Shown: positions 55,938 through 64,000 of the stretch, in pieces
Position numbering within the stretch: the stretch's first letter is position 1
How the letters are laid out: the number at the start of each line of letters is the position of its first letter
Source: an uncultured virus (IMG/VR IMGVR_UViG_3300049215_000190)
Lineage: Duplodnaviria > Heunggongvirae > Uroviricota > Caudoviricetes
Direction: 5' to 3' (one strand)
IMG/VR virus record: IMGVR_UViG_3300049215_000190
DNA: 64,000 bases
Position numbers and translations under genes: made by a program
Notes under the pieces: generated by a model
The model's database searches: none
Told to the model about the DNA's origin: nothing
Seen by the model: only the letters and a program-made list of their open reading frames with translations

Positions 55938-55976
55938 TAGGTATATGGGCAAGGGTCCCCCTTGTGCATATCTCTA
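55938..55976. repeat. 39-bp dispersed palindrome, copy 9
   Basis: TAGGTATAT GGGC AAGGG TCC CCCTT GTGC ATATCTCTA. Confidence 0.95.
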
Positions 55977-56006
55977 CCTTGGGTTCTCAAACAAAGGAGA
56001 CTAATA

Positions 56007-56750
56007 ATGCAGTTGATTTTTGGTATCGGGGCTTTGTGGGGAACTCGCTCCGATGTGACTGGTGTTGGCCCTGATCAATTTGCCATCTTGCAAGACAACA
56101 GTATTGATTTTCAATTCGAGGTTAAGGAACTGTATTCGCAGCTTGGTTATCCAGTGGACATTGCCCGTGGTAAAGGCAAAATCACAGGCAAGGCCAAAAT
56201 GGCCCGAGTTTTTGCGGCACTTTATGCTGATTTGTTTTTCGGCGCATCTGTTGTCACCGGCGAAGACAATGTGAGTGAAAACGAGGGATATACGCTGGCG
56301 GCGACTACGCTGGCGGTGGCGCACGCATCGACTTTTGTGGCCGACCTTGGCGTCTACTACAACAGTGGTGCGCAGCTTCGGTTTACCTACACTACCGCCG
56401 CGCCATCGGCCGCTGGGCAATATACCACAGGGACGAACGGCAGCTATACGTTTTACTCTGGCGATATCGGTGCCCAGATTGCAGTATCGTATGTTTACAC
56501 CGACACAAGCGGTAAGACCATTACGATTACGAACGCCTACATGGGCTTTACGCCGACGTTCATGGGCACGTTCTACCAGCAGCGCGCTACGCAAGGTAGC
56601 TCGGGCCAACTGACGCTTCGGCTAAACGAATGTGTCAGTTCCCATCTGACCATTCCGTCGCGGATCGACGACTACGCAATGCAAGACTTCGACTTCCAAG
56701 CGTTCTCTGGCGCAAATAACCAGATCGGCACCATTTCTACCTCGGAGTAA
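56007..56750 (+). CDS. major tail (tube) protein
   Basis: AAGGAG RBS; FG.G.LWG, KELY...PV..ARGK.KI.GKAK; position before chaperone and tape measure. Confidence 0.8.
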   Translation: MQLIFGIGALWGTRSDVTGVGPDQFAILQDNSIDFQFEVKELYSQLGYPVDIARGKGKITGKAKMARVFAALYADLFFGASVVTGEDNVSENEGYTLAATTLAVAHASTFVADLGVYYNSGAQLRFTYTTAAPSAAGQYTTGTNGSYTFYSGDIGAQIAVSYVYTDTSGKTITITNAYMGFTPTFMGTFYQQRATQGSSGQLTLRLNECVSSHLTIPSRIDDYAMQDFDFQAFSGANNQIGTISTSE

Positions 56751-56755
56751 TACTT

Positions 56756-57106
56756 GTGTTTTCAGGAACGAAGATAAAGATTGGCGACGAAGAATTTGTT
56801 CTTCCGCCGCTGTCACTCGGCCAGTTGCGTGGCGGTTTGTTAGCCAAGCTCCAAGAGCATGACGACAAACTCGCCGCGCAAGATGTTTTCGGCGCTACGA
56901 TAATCAGAGGCGAAGTTATTCTTGAAGCTTTGCGCCGAAATTATCCGGATTTTCCAGAACAAAAAGTGTTTGACAATTTGGATCTCGGTAACACACTTAA
57001 CCTTTGGCTTTTGGTTTTAGGTTCAAGTGGCTTTACGCCGGGGGAAACGGCGGGGGCGGAGAAGGAAAACCCGACTGGGATCTCCGTCCCATCTACAGGT
57101 GCTTAG
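56756..57106 (+). CDS. tail assembly chaperone (G-like)
   Basis: Between tube and tape measure; overlapped by a -1 frame ORF. Confidence 0.75.
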   Translation: MFSGTKIKIGDEEFVLPPLSLGQLRGGLLAKLQEHDDKLAAQDVFGATIIRGEVILEALRRNYPDFPEQKVFDNLDLGNTLNLWLLVLGSSGFTPGETAGAEKENPTGISVPSTGA

Positions 57107-57486
57107 CGGCTGCGTATGGCTGGACGTATTCACAAACGGACAGCCATACGTTGCTTGAAGTAAACGAGCTTATGCTCGGCTGGGAAGATCATACGCCGAC
57201 GAACATATTGGTCAAAGCCCTGCTTGAAGGTTTAGGCGGCGGCAAAGCTAATAAGACGCCGACAGCGGACGAGTTTCAGCAGCTTGCCCCCGAGGCTATG
57301 AAAGCGATGCAGGACTCGGCAATGGAAGCTATAGTAGCCAAAGCCGGAAACAGGTTGCCAGTTACCCGCGGACGTGACAAAGGTTTGCCCCACAAGGGGC
57401 CGATTTTTGACGTGGAACTTTTGCGCGACAAGAATGATACTGTGGCTAAAACTTTCCGAAAGGGGTCTGTGAATGTCCGAGAGTAA
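57040..57486 (+). CDS. frameshifted extension of the tail chaperone (T-like)
   Basis: Open -1 frame entered at G GGG GAA (57040-57046). Confidence 0.65.
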   Translation, partial: GGNGGGGEGKPDWDLRPIYRCLAAAYGWTYSQTDSHTLLEVNELMLGWEDHTPTNILVKALLEGLGGGKANKTPTADEFQQLAPEAMKAMQDSAMEAIVAKAGNRLPVTRGRDKGLPHKGPIFDVELLRDKNDTVAKTFRKGSVNVRE

Positions 57487-60400
57487 CAATCTTGGCATTC
57501 AAATTACAGCCACGTCGGCAGCCACGGCGACTATAAAGCAGCTTGAGAATACCGTCCGGGCGCTTGAAGGGACATTAAAGGCGCTCGGTGGAACGGCTCA
57601 AGATGTTGGCGGAAAAATAACAAATAGCTTGCAGAATGAAATCAATGCAATTAACAAAGAAATTGCCGCGAGATCGCAGCAAGTTGAAAGCATTAAGAAA
57701 GTCACGGCTGCTATTAAAGAGCAGGGTGAGGAGGCGAAATTAACATTCAGCACGTTGCAGGAAAATATTAATCGTAACTTAGGCTTAAATGTAGAGAGAG
57801 AAATTTACTCGGCTGTAGATAGCTCTAAAATCTTAGCTAAGTCGCTAAGCGCTGCGGCCGAAGCAGATGCAAGATTTCGTGATAGCGAGTTGCAAACGGC
57901 AAAGGCAACGGAAGTTGCCACAAGAGCCATGCAACAGCAAGCTAGTGTTGTGCGGTCTATGTCGGGCGCGCAGCATTTTAGCTACTATACAGCCAAACAG
58001 GGTGTAGGGCAGACAGCTATTTCGGCTCAGCAATCAGTAAGTGCTTTTGAGCAAAATGGTTTGACGGCAAAAGAACGCCAGATCAATTCCCTAAAACCGG
58101 CCAGTGGCGAAACAACCCAGCAGACAATAGAGCGGCTTACGGGTGTTAACCGAGCCGTAAGTGAAAGCGCAAAATATTGGCGCGAGTTAGAACTTGCTGA
58201 AATAGCAACAGGCAAAGCTGGTGTAGACTCTTTAGGCAAACCGATACCAAAGGTTAAACCCGAGAGCGGTAGGTCTGGCGGTGCGGTAAGCAATTTTCTG
58301 CAAAAGGAAATGCGGCATATTGTCGGTCTTTTTGACTCACTTGCGCGCGGAAGCCGGGGGTCGGCAATGTCGGCAATCGGCGCTGCGGCCAGAGATGCCG
58401 GGCTCGGTGTTGGGGCCTTAGCTACGTCAATGACGGCGTTGGTTGGTGTTATGGCCGGTGCTGCTATTTTGCATCATGCCGAGGAAATGGGCAAGTGGGC
58501 CACGCAAGCAAGAGCAGCGGCAACGGCCACGGGGATGAGTTTACAACAATATACTTCTTTGCAGGGTGCGCTTCGCGGTTTGGGTGTAAGTGAAAACGAA
58601 GCTGATACGAGTTTGCGCAAACTGGCCGAAAGCATGAGCAAGGCCGTAGCGGAACCAACGAGTTTGGCGGCACAAGCTTTCCGTAACCTTGGTATTAGCC
58701 AAGAACAGCTTATAAAGACTAATGGCAATACTTACGCCGGGTTACAACTTTTGGCACAAGCGCAAGCTAATACGGCAGACGGAGCGAACAAAACCGCCAA
58801 TATGAACGAACTGCTTGGGCGCGGTTTTGAGCGTCTTTTGCCGTTGATACAAAACGGCGCTCAAGGCTTGGACGCTATGACGGCGGAACAAATCAAGCTA
58901 GGCAACGCTTTGGATGAACAGGGCGCACAAAAACTTCAAGCCGCCGGCGGTGCTGTGGACCATCTCGGTGCCGTATTACGCGGCGAGGGCGTGTCTTCTA
59001 TGGAAGCTTGGTCGGGTGCAATTATTGCAGTTGCTCATTCGCTTGAAACGCTGTTACGCGCTGTTGGTGCTGTGGTTGGTAGCGTAGGTCAGCTTGATAC
59101 GTTTTTGGCTAAGTGGACTACGGTAAGATATAATTTCACGGGAGACAAATCCAAGGGGCCTATGTTGTCTTTTGGGCCAAGTGCCTATGAGCGGGCGCAG
59201 CAAGACGATAAGGCGGCCGAAGGCGGTGAAACGCCAGCAGCAGGCGGAGCTAAAGCTGCCGTGCCTGCATTGACGCCAGCAACCTCGGCGCTGGAAGCTA
59301 TGCGCCAGCAAGCAGCGCAAGCGGCTCTGGCAGCCGTTCAGGGGGCTAAAACCTCTCAGGCAGCCCATACAGCAGCTTCCCGAGCTGAAATAGCGGTCAT
59401 GGAAAAGACCCTTGCCAGTGCCCAGCTTACAGCAAGAGAAAAGACCCAACTTGAAACCGAAATAGCGAACAAGAAAATAGCCCTTGCTGAACAAGGTATA
59501 TCAACTGGCGCAAAGGCCGCAAAGCAAGAATATGCCGATTTTGCTGCCGCTGAAAAACTCAAGATATCGGAAGCAGGCGGAAGCTCTGCTAAAATACTCG
59601 CAATTTACGACGAGTGGGCAAATGCGGCAAAAAACAAATTCAAAGAAAGCGCTGCGGTTGTTACGCAAATTGAACGAGACAAGGTGCAAGAGATTAATAA
59701 GATAAATCTCGGATTGTTAGAAGAAACGCGCAATAATGATCTAAAACAAAATCAACTAAATAGGTATAATATTGAAATCGGGCAAATGAGATCGCCCGGC
59801 TACAAGTTTTCAACGTCGGATGAGACTCCATCGCAACTTCGCAGTAAAGCCGCAAATGATATTGGCGAAGCGCAAAACATTGAAAGTTCGGCTCAGGCGC
59901 AAATAGCGCCCTTTAAAACCGTTGCCGCCGCCGCCCAACAAGGGTCCGATGTTCAGAAAAAAGCGCAAGATGATATATTGGCGATTTTGACCGAAGCTCG
60001 GGGTCAAGAAGTCGCGTTATATAAGCAAGCGGGCGAAGCCGCAGAGGAAGCGGCGAAAAAAGCCGCTGCGGCTTTTACAAGTTTCTTTTCATCAATAGGT
60101 TCGGCTTTTCAAAGTTTCGAGGACGCGGCGCTACAAGCAGTGATTGCGCCGAAACAAGAACTGATCAAACAAGGCTTGACGACAATAAAGAAAAACGAAG
60201 GCGGTATGGAAGTTAAGCAAGCGCTTAGCTCGATGTTGATGGGTGGGATTAAAGACGCCTCAAAGGGTGTTACCACAGCACTAAGTAATATGCTGGGTAG
60301 TGCCATTTCGGGCACTGCGGGAACGTCGTTAAGCGCCGCGCTAGGTCAGATGGTTGCAAAGGCCGTAACTAATATAGCGGGGCAAACAGCAGGAAACGCA

Positions 60401-61006
60401 GTTGGTAGCGCCTTGGGCAATGCGGCAGGACAAACGGCGGGCGCAACAGCAACAGCCGCGCCTATAACAGCAGCAGTGACAGCAGGTAGTGCGTCGGTTG
60501 CCGCAACTATGACGGGCACGGGAGCTACAATCGTAGGAGCAATTACTGCGAGCGCAACTGCTATTGTCGGAGCCATTACTGCCGGTGCCGCAACAGAAGA
60601 TACGTTGCTTGTAGGGCTTAATGCTAAACCGAGCGTGTTGGGCACAACGTATAGTATGGGTGGTATTGTTCCGTCGGCCGCCGGTGGCATGGTAGTTGGA
60701 AGCAATGGGTCGGTTGGTGGTATGGGCGGGCAGCTTGCCGTAGTTCACGCCAAAGAGATGATTTTGCCGTCTCACTTGTCCAGGGGCATACAGAGTATTA
60801 TTGACTCGGGCGGTGGTGTCGGCGGTGGACGAGGTGTAAATCAGTCAGCGAATTTGAATTACTCGCCGACAATTAACGCCGGTGGGCGTGGCCGAGGGGG
60901 CACAGGTATGACACGGGCAGAGTTGGGTCAAATGCTTTCCACCCACGGGGGAAGTATGCTAGGCGAAGCTCGAAATATGGTCCGAAATGGTTTTCGGGGC
61001 GGATAA
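57473..61006 (+). CDS. tape measure protein
   Basis: 1177 aa, Ala-rich helical; C-terminal SAAGG...VHAKEMILP. Confidence 0.9.
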   Translation: MSESNNLGIQITATSAATATIKQLENTVRALEGTLKALGGTAQDVGGKITNSLQNEINAINKEIAARSQQVESIKKVTAAIKEQGEEAKLTFSTLQENINRNLGLNVEREIYSAVDSSKILAKSLSAAAEADARFRDSELQTAKATEVATRAMQQQASVVRSMSGAQHFSYYTAKQGVGQTAISAQQSVSAFEQNGLTAKERQINSLKPASGETTQQTIERLTGVNRAVSESAKYWRELELAEIATGKAGVDSLGKPIPKVKPESGRSGGAVSNFLQKEMRHIVGLFDSLARGSRGSAMSAIGAAARDAGLGVGALATSMTALVGVMAGAAILHHAEEMGKWATQARAAATATGMSLQQYTSLQGALRGLGVSENEADTSLRKLAESMSKAVAEPTSLAAQAFRNLGISQEQLIKTNGNTYAGLQLLAQAQANTADGANKTANMNELLGRGFERLLPLIQNGAQGLDAMTAEQIKLGNALDEQGAQKLQAAGGAVDHLGAVLRGEGVSSMEAWSGAIIAVAHSLETLLRAVGAVVGSVGQLDTFLAKWTTVRYNFTGDKSKGPMLSFGPSAYERAQQDDKAAEGGETPAAGGAKAAVPALTPATSALEAMRQQAAQAALAAVQGAKTSQAAHTAASRAEIAVMEKTLASAQLTAREKTQLETEIANKKIALAEQGISTGAKAAKQEYADFAAAEKLKISEAGGSSAKILAIYDEWANAAKNKFKESAAVVTQIERDKVQEINKINLGLLEETRNNDLKQNQLNRYNIEIGQMRSPGYKFSTSDETPSQLRSKAANDIGEAQNIESSAQAQIAPFKTVAAAAQQGSDVQKKAQDDILAILTEARGQEVALYKQAGEAAEEAAKKAAAAFTSFFSSIGSAFQSFEDAALQAVIAPKQELIKQGLTTIKKNEGGMEVKQALSSMLMGGIKDASKGVTTALSNMLGSAISGTAGTSLSAALGQMVAKAVTNIAGQTAGNAVGSALGNAAGQTAGATATAAPITAAVTAGSASVAATMTGTGATIVGAITASATAIVGAITAGAATEDTLLVGLNAKPSVLGTTYSMGGIVPSAAGGMVVGSNGSVGGMGGQLAVVHAKEMILPSHLSRGIQSIIDSGGGVGGGRGVNQSANLNYSPTINAGGRGRGGTGMTRAELGQMLSTHGGSMLGEARNMVRNGFRGG

Positions 61007-61028
61007 TATAACTTAAAGGAAAAGTTGG

Positions 61029-61496
61029 ATGGAAATCTTTACGGTAGTTTGCGAAAACGTGGCTGTCACGGCAGGGCAAGATGTGTTGGCGGCTTATGCG
61101 GCGAGCACAAAAAAGCTCCAACTGCTCGGGGTGGAACTTTCGGCCAGCGGTCAAACAACTGTCGGTAATTATCCGATCCGTTTACGTGGCTTGGCAGCGA
61201 CGGTGACGACGGGAAGTGGTGGGTCTGCTGTGACGCCGCACAATGTTAACCCGGACGGCGCTACGGCAAGTTTCACTGCACGTTCAAACGACACGACACA
61301 TGCCAGCATGGCAACTGGGACGCCGGTGGATTTTGTGGCGAGCCAGTTTAATCCAATTAACGGATACTATTGGCAGCCACCCGTGCCGGTTGGTGATGAA
61401 CCGAAGATTGACCTTTCTGGCGCATTGGTTTTGTCGCTCGACAGTGTTACGGGTACGTTGAACGTCTCGGCCACAATGTGGCTGCGCGAGATTTAA
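61029..61496 (+). CDS. putative virion protein
   Basis: Downstream of tape measure; beta-rich. Confidence 0.65.
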   Translation: MEIFTVVCENVAVTAGQDVLAAYAASTKKLQLLGVELSASGQTTVGNYPIRLRGLAATVTTGSGGSAVTPHNVNPDGATASFTARSNDTTHASMATGTPVDFVASQFNPINGYYWQPPVPVGDEPKIDLSGALVLSLDSVTGTLNVSATMWLREI

Positions 61497-61508
61497 CGGA
61501 ACAATTCT

Positions 61509-63080
61509 ATGAGCACCATTTATCTCGACGGGTTCGACGACTACGGCCCGGCCGGGCTTATGTCGGGCTTATCAACACAGCAGTTGTTGAACAATAGCGG
61601 ATGGACGTTCGGCAATGCCTATACCACCGCTTCGATTGTAGCCGGGATAAATGGTGAGAGCGGAAACGCACTTTATTTGCCCGGCATTAGTGGCGGAAAT
61701 GGGACTGTAGTTTCCCGAACTTTGCCAGCAAACTATAATCGAGTTATTGGCGGCTTTCGCTTTAATTCGGCCCTTTTAGGAAACTTTGGCGTTTCTTTTG
61801 CTGATGCAAATACAAATCAATGTTCCGTGATTGTTGAAGCTGTTTCAGGCTTGATTTTTGTGGTCCAAGGCTATGGAAGTCCTACGTCAGCTAACATACT
61901 AGGCCAGAGCAATAATAGCGTTTCGGCCAACACAACGCATTATCTCGAATTTGATGCGACTTTTCAAACGAATGGAACCGGCGGTATAACTGTTTGGCTT
62001 GATGGGGTTCAGGTCTGCCAAGGCACGGGCATAACGAGCCAGAGCGGAAATGCTTGGGCGAATATGTTACAAATTTTGCAACAACCTGTAGGTGTCGGCA
62101 GTTTGACTATAGACGATTTGTATTTGTTTAGCGCGACAGGTGCGGTTAATAATTCAGCCGTTTTGTCAAACCCAGTTATATATACACAATTACCGACTGG
62201 TGATCATCAAACCCAGTTTAACAACATTGGGAATGTTGAAGGAAATTATTATTCCATAGGCGATACGCAATACGCAGTATCACCGAATTTCTTGTATCTT
62301 ATGGCGTTTACACCGAATGTTACTTGCACCGCAAACGACGTTGTTGTGCAGACTTATAATCAGGGAACGAATAGTTTAGCGCATAATAAAGCCGTGTTGT
62401 ATAGCGACAGCGGCGGAGCGCCGAACACGCTTCTGTCCTCTGGAACCCAAGTTACGGGATTTGTTAACAATCAGCTTTTAACCCTTCCGTTGTCCACGCC
62501 GACAGTTTTGACGGCAAATACACAATATTGGGCCGGTGTGATTGGAGACTCGAGCTGTGATTTTCAAACTTATGACGGAATAAGTTACCTTGGCGGCAGC
62601 ACGGTAACGACAACGAAGGGCGCAATAGCGGGAAACACGTATAGTTCTGGTGCGCCGAGCGCTGCGCCGAGCATGACGTATGGCCAAGCTTCAGTTTTCC
62701 TTTATGTTACTTGCACAGGCGCAAGCACGAATTGGGAAAGCGTGGCGGTTAATCCTCCCGTGGGCGATAATTCGTCCGTGTCAGCAAATTCAGCCGGGGT
62801 GAGTGATTTATATACCTTTGCCAATTTGCCGACAAACATACAGGAAGTCTTTGCCGTAGGGGTTAAAGGCACGGCAAAATTGACTATTGCAGGCGTGCAT
62901 AAGCTTGATTTAATTACACTTTCAGGTTCAACAACAAGTGTAGGCAATACGGCAAGTATAGCGCCAACGCTAAACTATGCCGATTATGTGAGTTACTTCG
63001 ACACTGATCCGAATACGTCTGTCTCTTGGACCGTCACCGGGGTTAATAACAGCTACAACGGCATCAGCGTAGCGAGCTAG
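61509..63080 (+). CDS. putative tail protein with beta-sandwich domains
   Basis: DGFD.Y, HYLE, V..DG, IDDLY, C-terminal DP.T...W. Confidence 0.65.
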   Translation: MSTIYLDGFDDYGPAGLMSGLSTQQLLNNSGWTFGNAYTTASIVAGINGESGNALYLPGISGGNGTVVSRTLPANYNRVIGGFRFNSALLGNFGVSFADANTNQCSVIVEAVSGLIFVVQGYGSPTSANILGQSNNSVSANTTHYLEFDATFQTNGTGGITVWLDGVQVCQGTGITSQSGNAWANMLQILQQPVGVGSLTIDDLYLFSATGAVNNSAVLSNPVIYTQLPTGDHQTQFNNIGNVEGNYYSIGDTQYAVSPNFLYLMAFTPNVTCTANDVVVQTYNQGTNSLAHNKAVLYSDSGGAPNTLLSSGTQVTGFVNNQLLTLPLSTPTVLTANTQYWAGVIGDSSCDFQTYDGISYLGGSTVTTTKGAIAGNTYSSGAPSAAPSMTYGQASVFLYVTCTGASTNWESVAVNPPVGDNSSVSANSAGVSDLYTFANLPTNIQEVFAVGVKGTAKLTIAGVHKLDLITLSGSTTSVGNTASIAPTLNYADYVSYFDTDPNTSVSWTVTGVNNSYNGISVAS

Positions 63081-63090
63081 GAAGAAAACA

Positions 63091-63630
63091 ATGGCAGACA
63101 AGCTGATAGCGGTCGGGGTGTATAATGCCGTATGTCAAGATAAATACGGTAATGTGCTTTGGGAAGAAGAATTTGATAATCTGTTGACGCAAGTCGGCAA
63201 AGCATTTTTACTTGACCAAGCCTTGAGCGGAAGCGCCTATACGGCGGCTGAATACATGGGTTTGATTTCAAGCACAAGTTTTTCCGCTATTAGCGGCGGC
63301 GATACAATGGCGAGTCACGCGGGATGGTTAGAAGCTGGCAGCGCAAACGCGCCGACGTATTCAGGCACGCGGGCAACGGTAGGTTGGAATGCATCGACGT
63401 TAAGCGGCGCAAGTGCATATAGCGCAACTAAAAGCCTGTCAGCGGCGTTGACGTTTACGTTTACGGGTTCTGGCACCGTTGAAGGAGCGTTTATAGTCGG
63501 CGGTAGTGGTGCAAGTGCCACAATAGGTAATACTGGCGGAACCTTGTATTCAGCCGGAGCGCTTGCTACGCCGCAGCCGGTAATAGCCACAAATACCATA
63601 ACCTTGACGTATTCAACCACGTTGACCTAA
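63091..63630 (+). CDS. putative virion protein
   Basis: W.E...NL....G...LL, DTMASHAGW.E, GTLYSAG. Confidence 0.7.
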   Translation: MADKLIAVGVYNAVCQDKYGNVLWEEEFDNLLTQVGKAFLLDQALSGSAYTAAEYMGLISSTSFSAISGGDTMASHAGWLEAGSANAPTYSGTRATVGWNASTLSGASAYSATKSLSAALTFTFTGSGTVEGAFIVGGSGASATIGNTGGTLYSAGALATPQPVIATNTITLTYSTTLT

Positions 63631-63642
63631 AGGAAAAACCTT

Positions 63643-64000
63643 ATGTCTTTTCTTTTTGTAGGCGGAGAAGATACTAGCTATGCATCAACTAACGGATTGA
63701 GCACGACAACTAATGGGTCTTATTATAGGTCAAACTTTTCGCGCATGGCGGCGGGAGTTAACGGGGGAAACACAGGCGTTCCGCTTGGAAGTTATCTTAC
63801 ATTTCCGTTCACAGCTACGCAAACTATTTGGGCGCATGGACAAGTATATCCGTCTACAAGCGGAGCAAATACAAACGGAGTATTGATAGCATTTAACGAC
63901 TCAACGGGAACAGCACGTTTAGTTGTTCGAGTGGGAAACGGAACAAATCAATATAAAGTTAGCACCGTGACAGCGAGCGGAACCTTTGTAGATTTGGCCA
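63643..64000 (+). CDS. 5' part of a virion protein (runs off the window)
   Basis: AAGGA RBS; MSFLFVGGEDTS... open to the end. Confidence 0.7.
   Translation, partial: MSFLFVGGEDTSYASTNGLSTTTNGSYYRSNFSRMAAGVNGGNTGVPLGSYLTFPFTATQTIWAHGQVYPSTSGANTNGVLIAFNDSTGTARLVVRVGNGTNQYKVSTVTASGTFVDLA

Overview
The window is most of an approximately 65-kb tailed dsDNA phage genome, probably a siphovirus of an alphaproteobacterial host (GcrA-like protein; DUF2460/DUF2163/NlpC/tail-tip module). It appears circularly permuted: the ORF running off the right end probably continues into the fragment at 1-102. There are two divergent arms around a non-coding region at about 32.7-33.8 kb. The minus-strand arm (32.7 to 8.0 kb) carries early and replication genes: MoxR-type AAA plus vWA-like partner, RNase H, a GHKL-like ATPase, HIRAN, an exonuclease/AAA_24/SSB recombination module, a ParB-methyltransferase fusion, a split family-A polymerase (UDG-exonuclease gene plus an intein-bearing pol gene), a helicase and an intein-bearing class II RNR. 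The plus-strand arm carries packaging, head, tail and lysis genes. I saw no integrase, tRNA, CRISPR array or reverse transcriptase. The most striking unexplained feature is a 39-bp, fixed-spacing, four-box palindrome (TAGRNATAT-N4-AAGGG-N3-CCCTT-N4-ATATNYCTA) found nine times at gene junctions across the genome, plus three compact 14-bp versions. Other oddities: a portal fused to a pyrophosphatase-like domain, a TPR-glycosyltransferase and TylF methyltransferase in the head module, signal-peptide-bearing fibre-like proteins, four proteins ending in DLF/ALF, and a probable ATC start for TerL. All family calls come from motif recognition by eye; no database searches were run.
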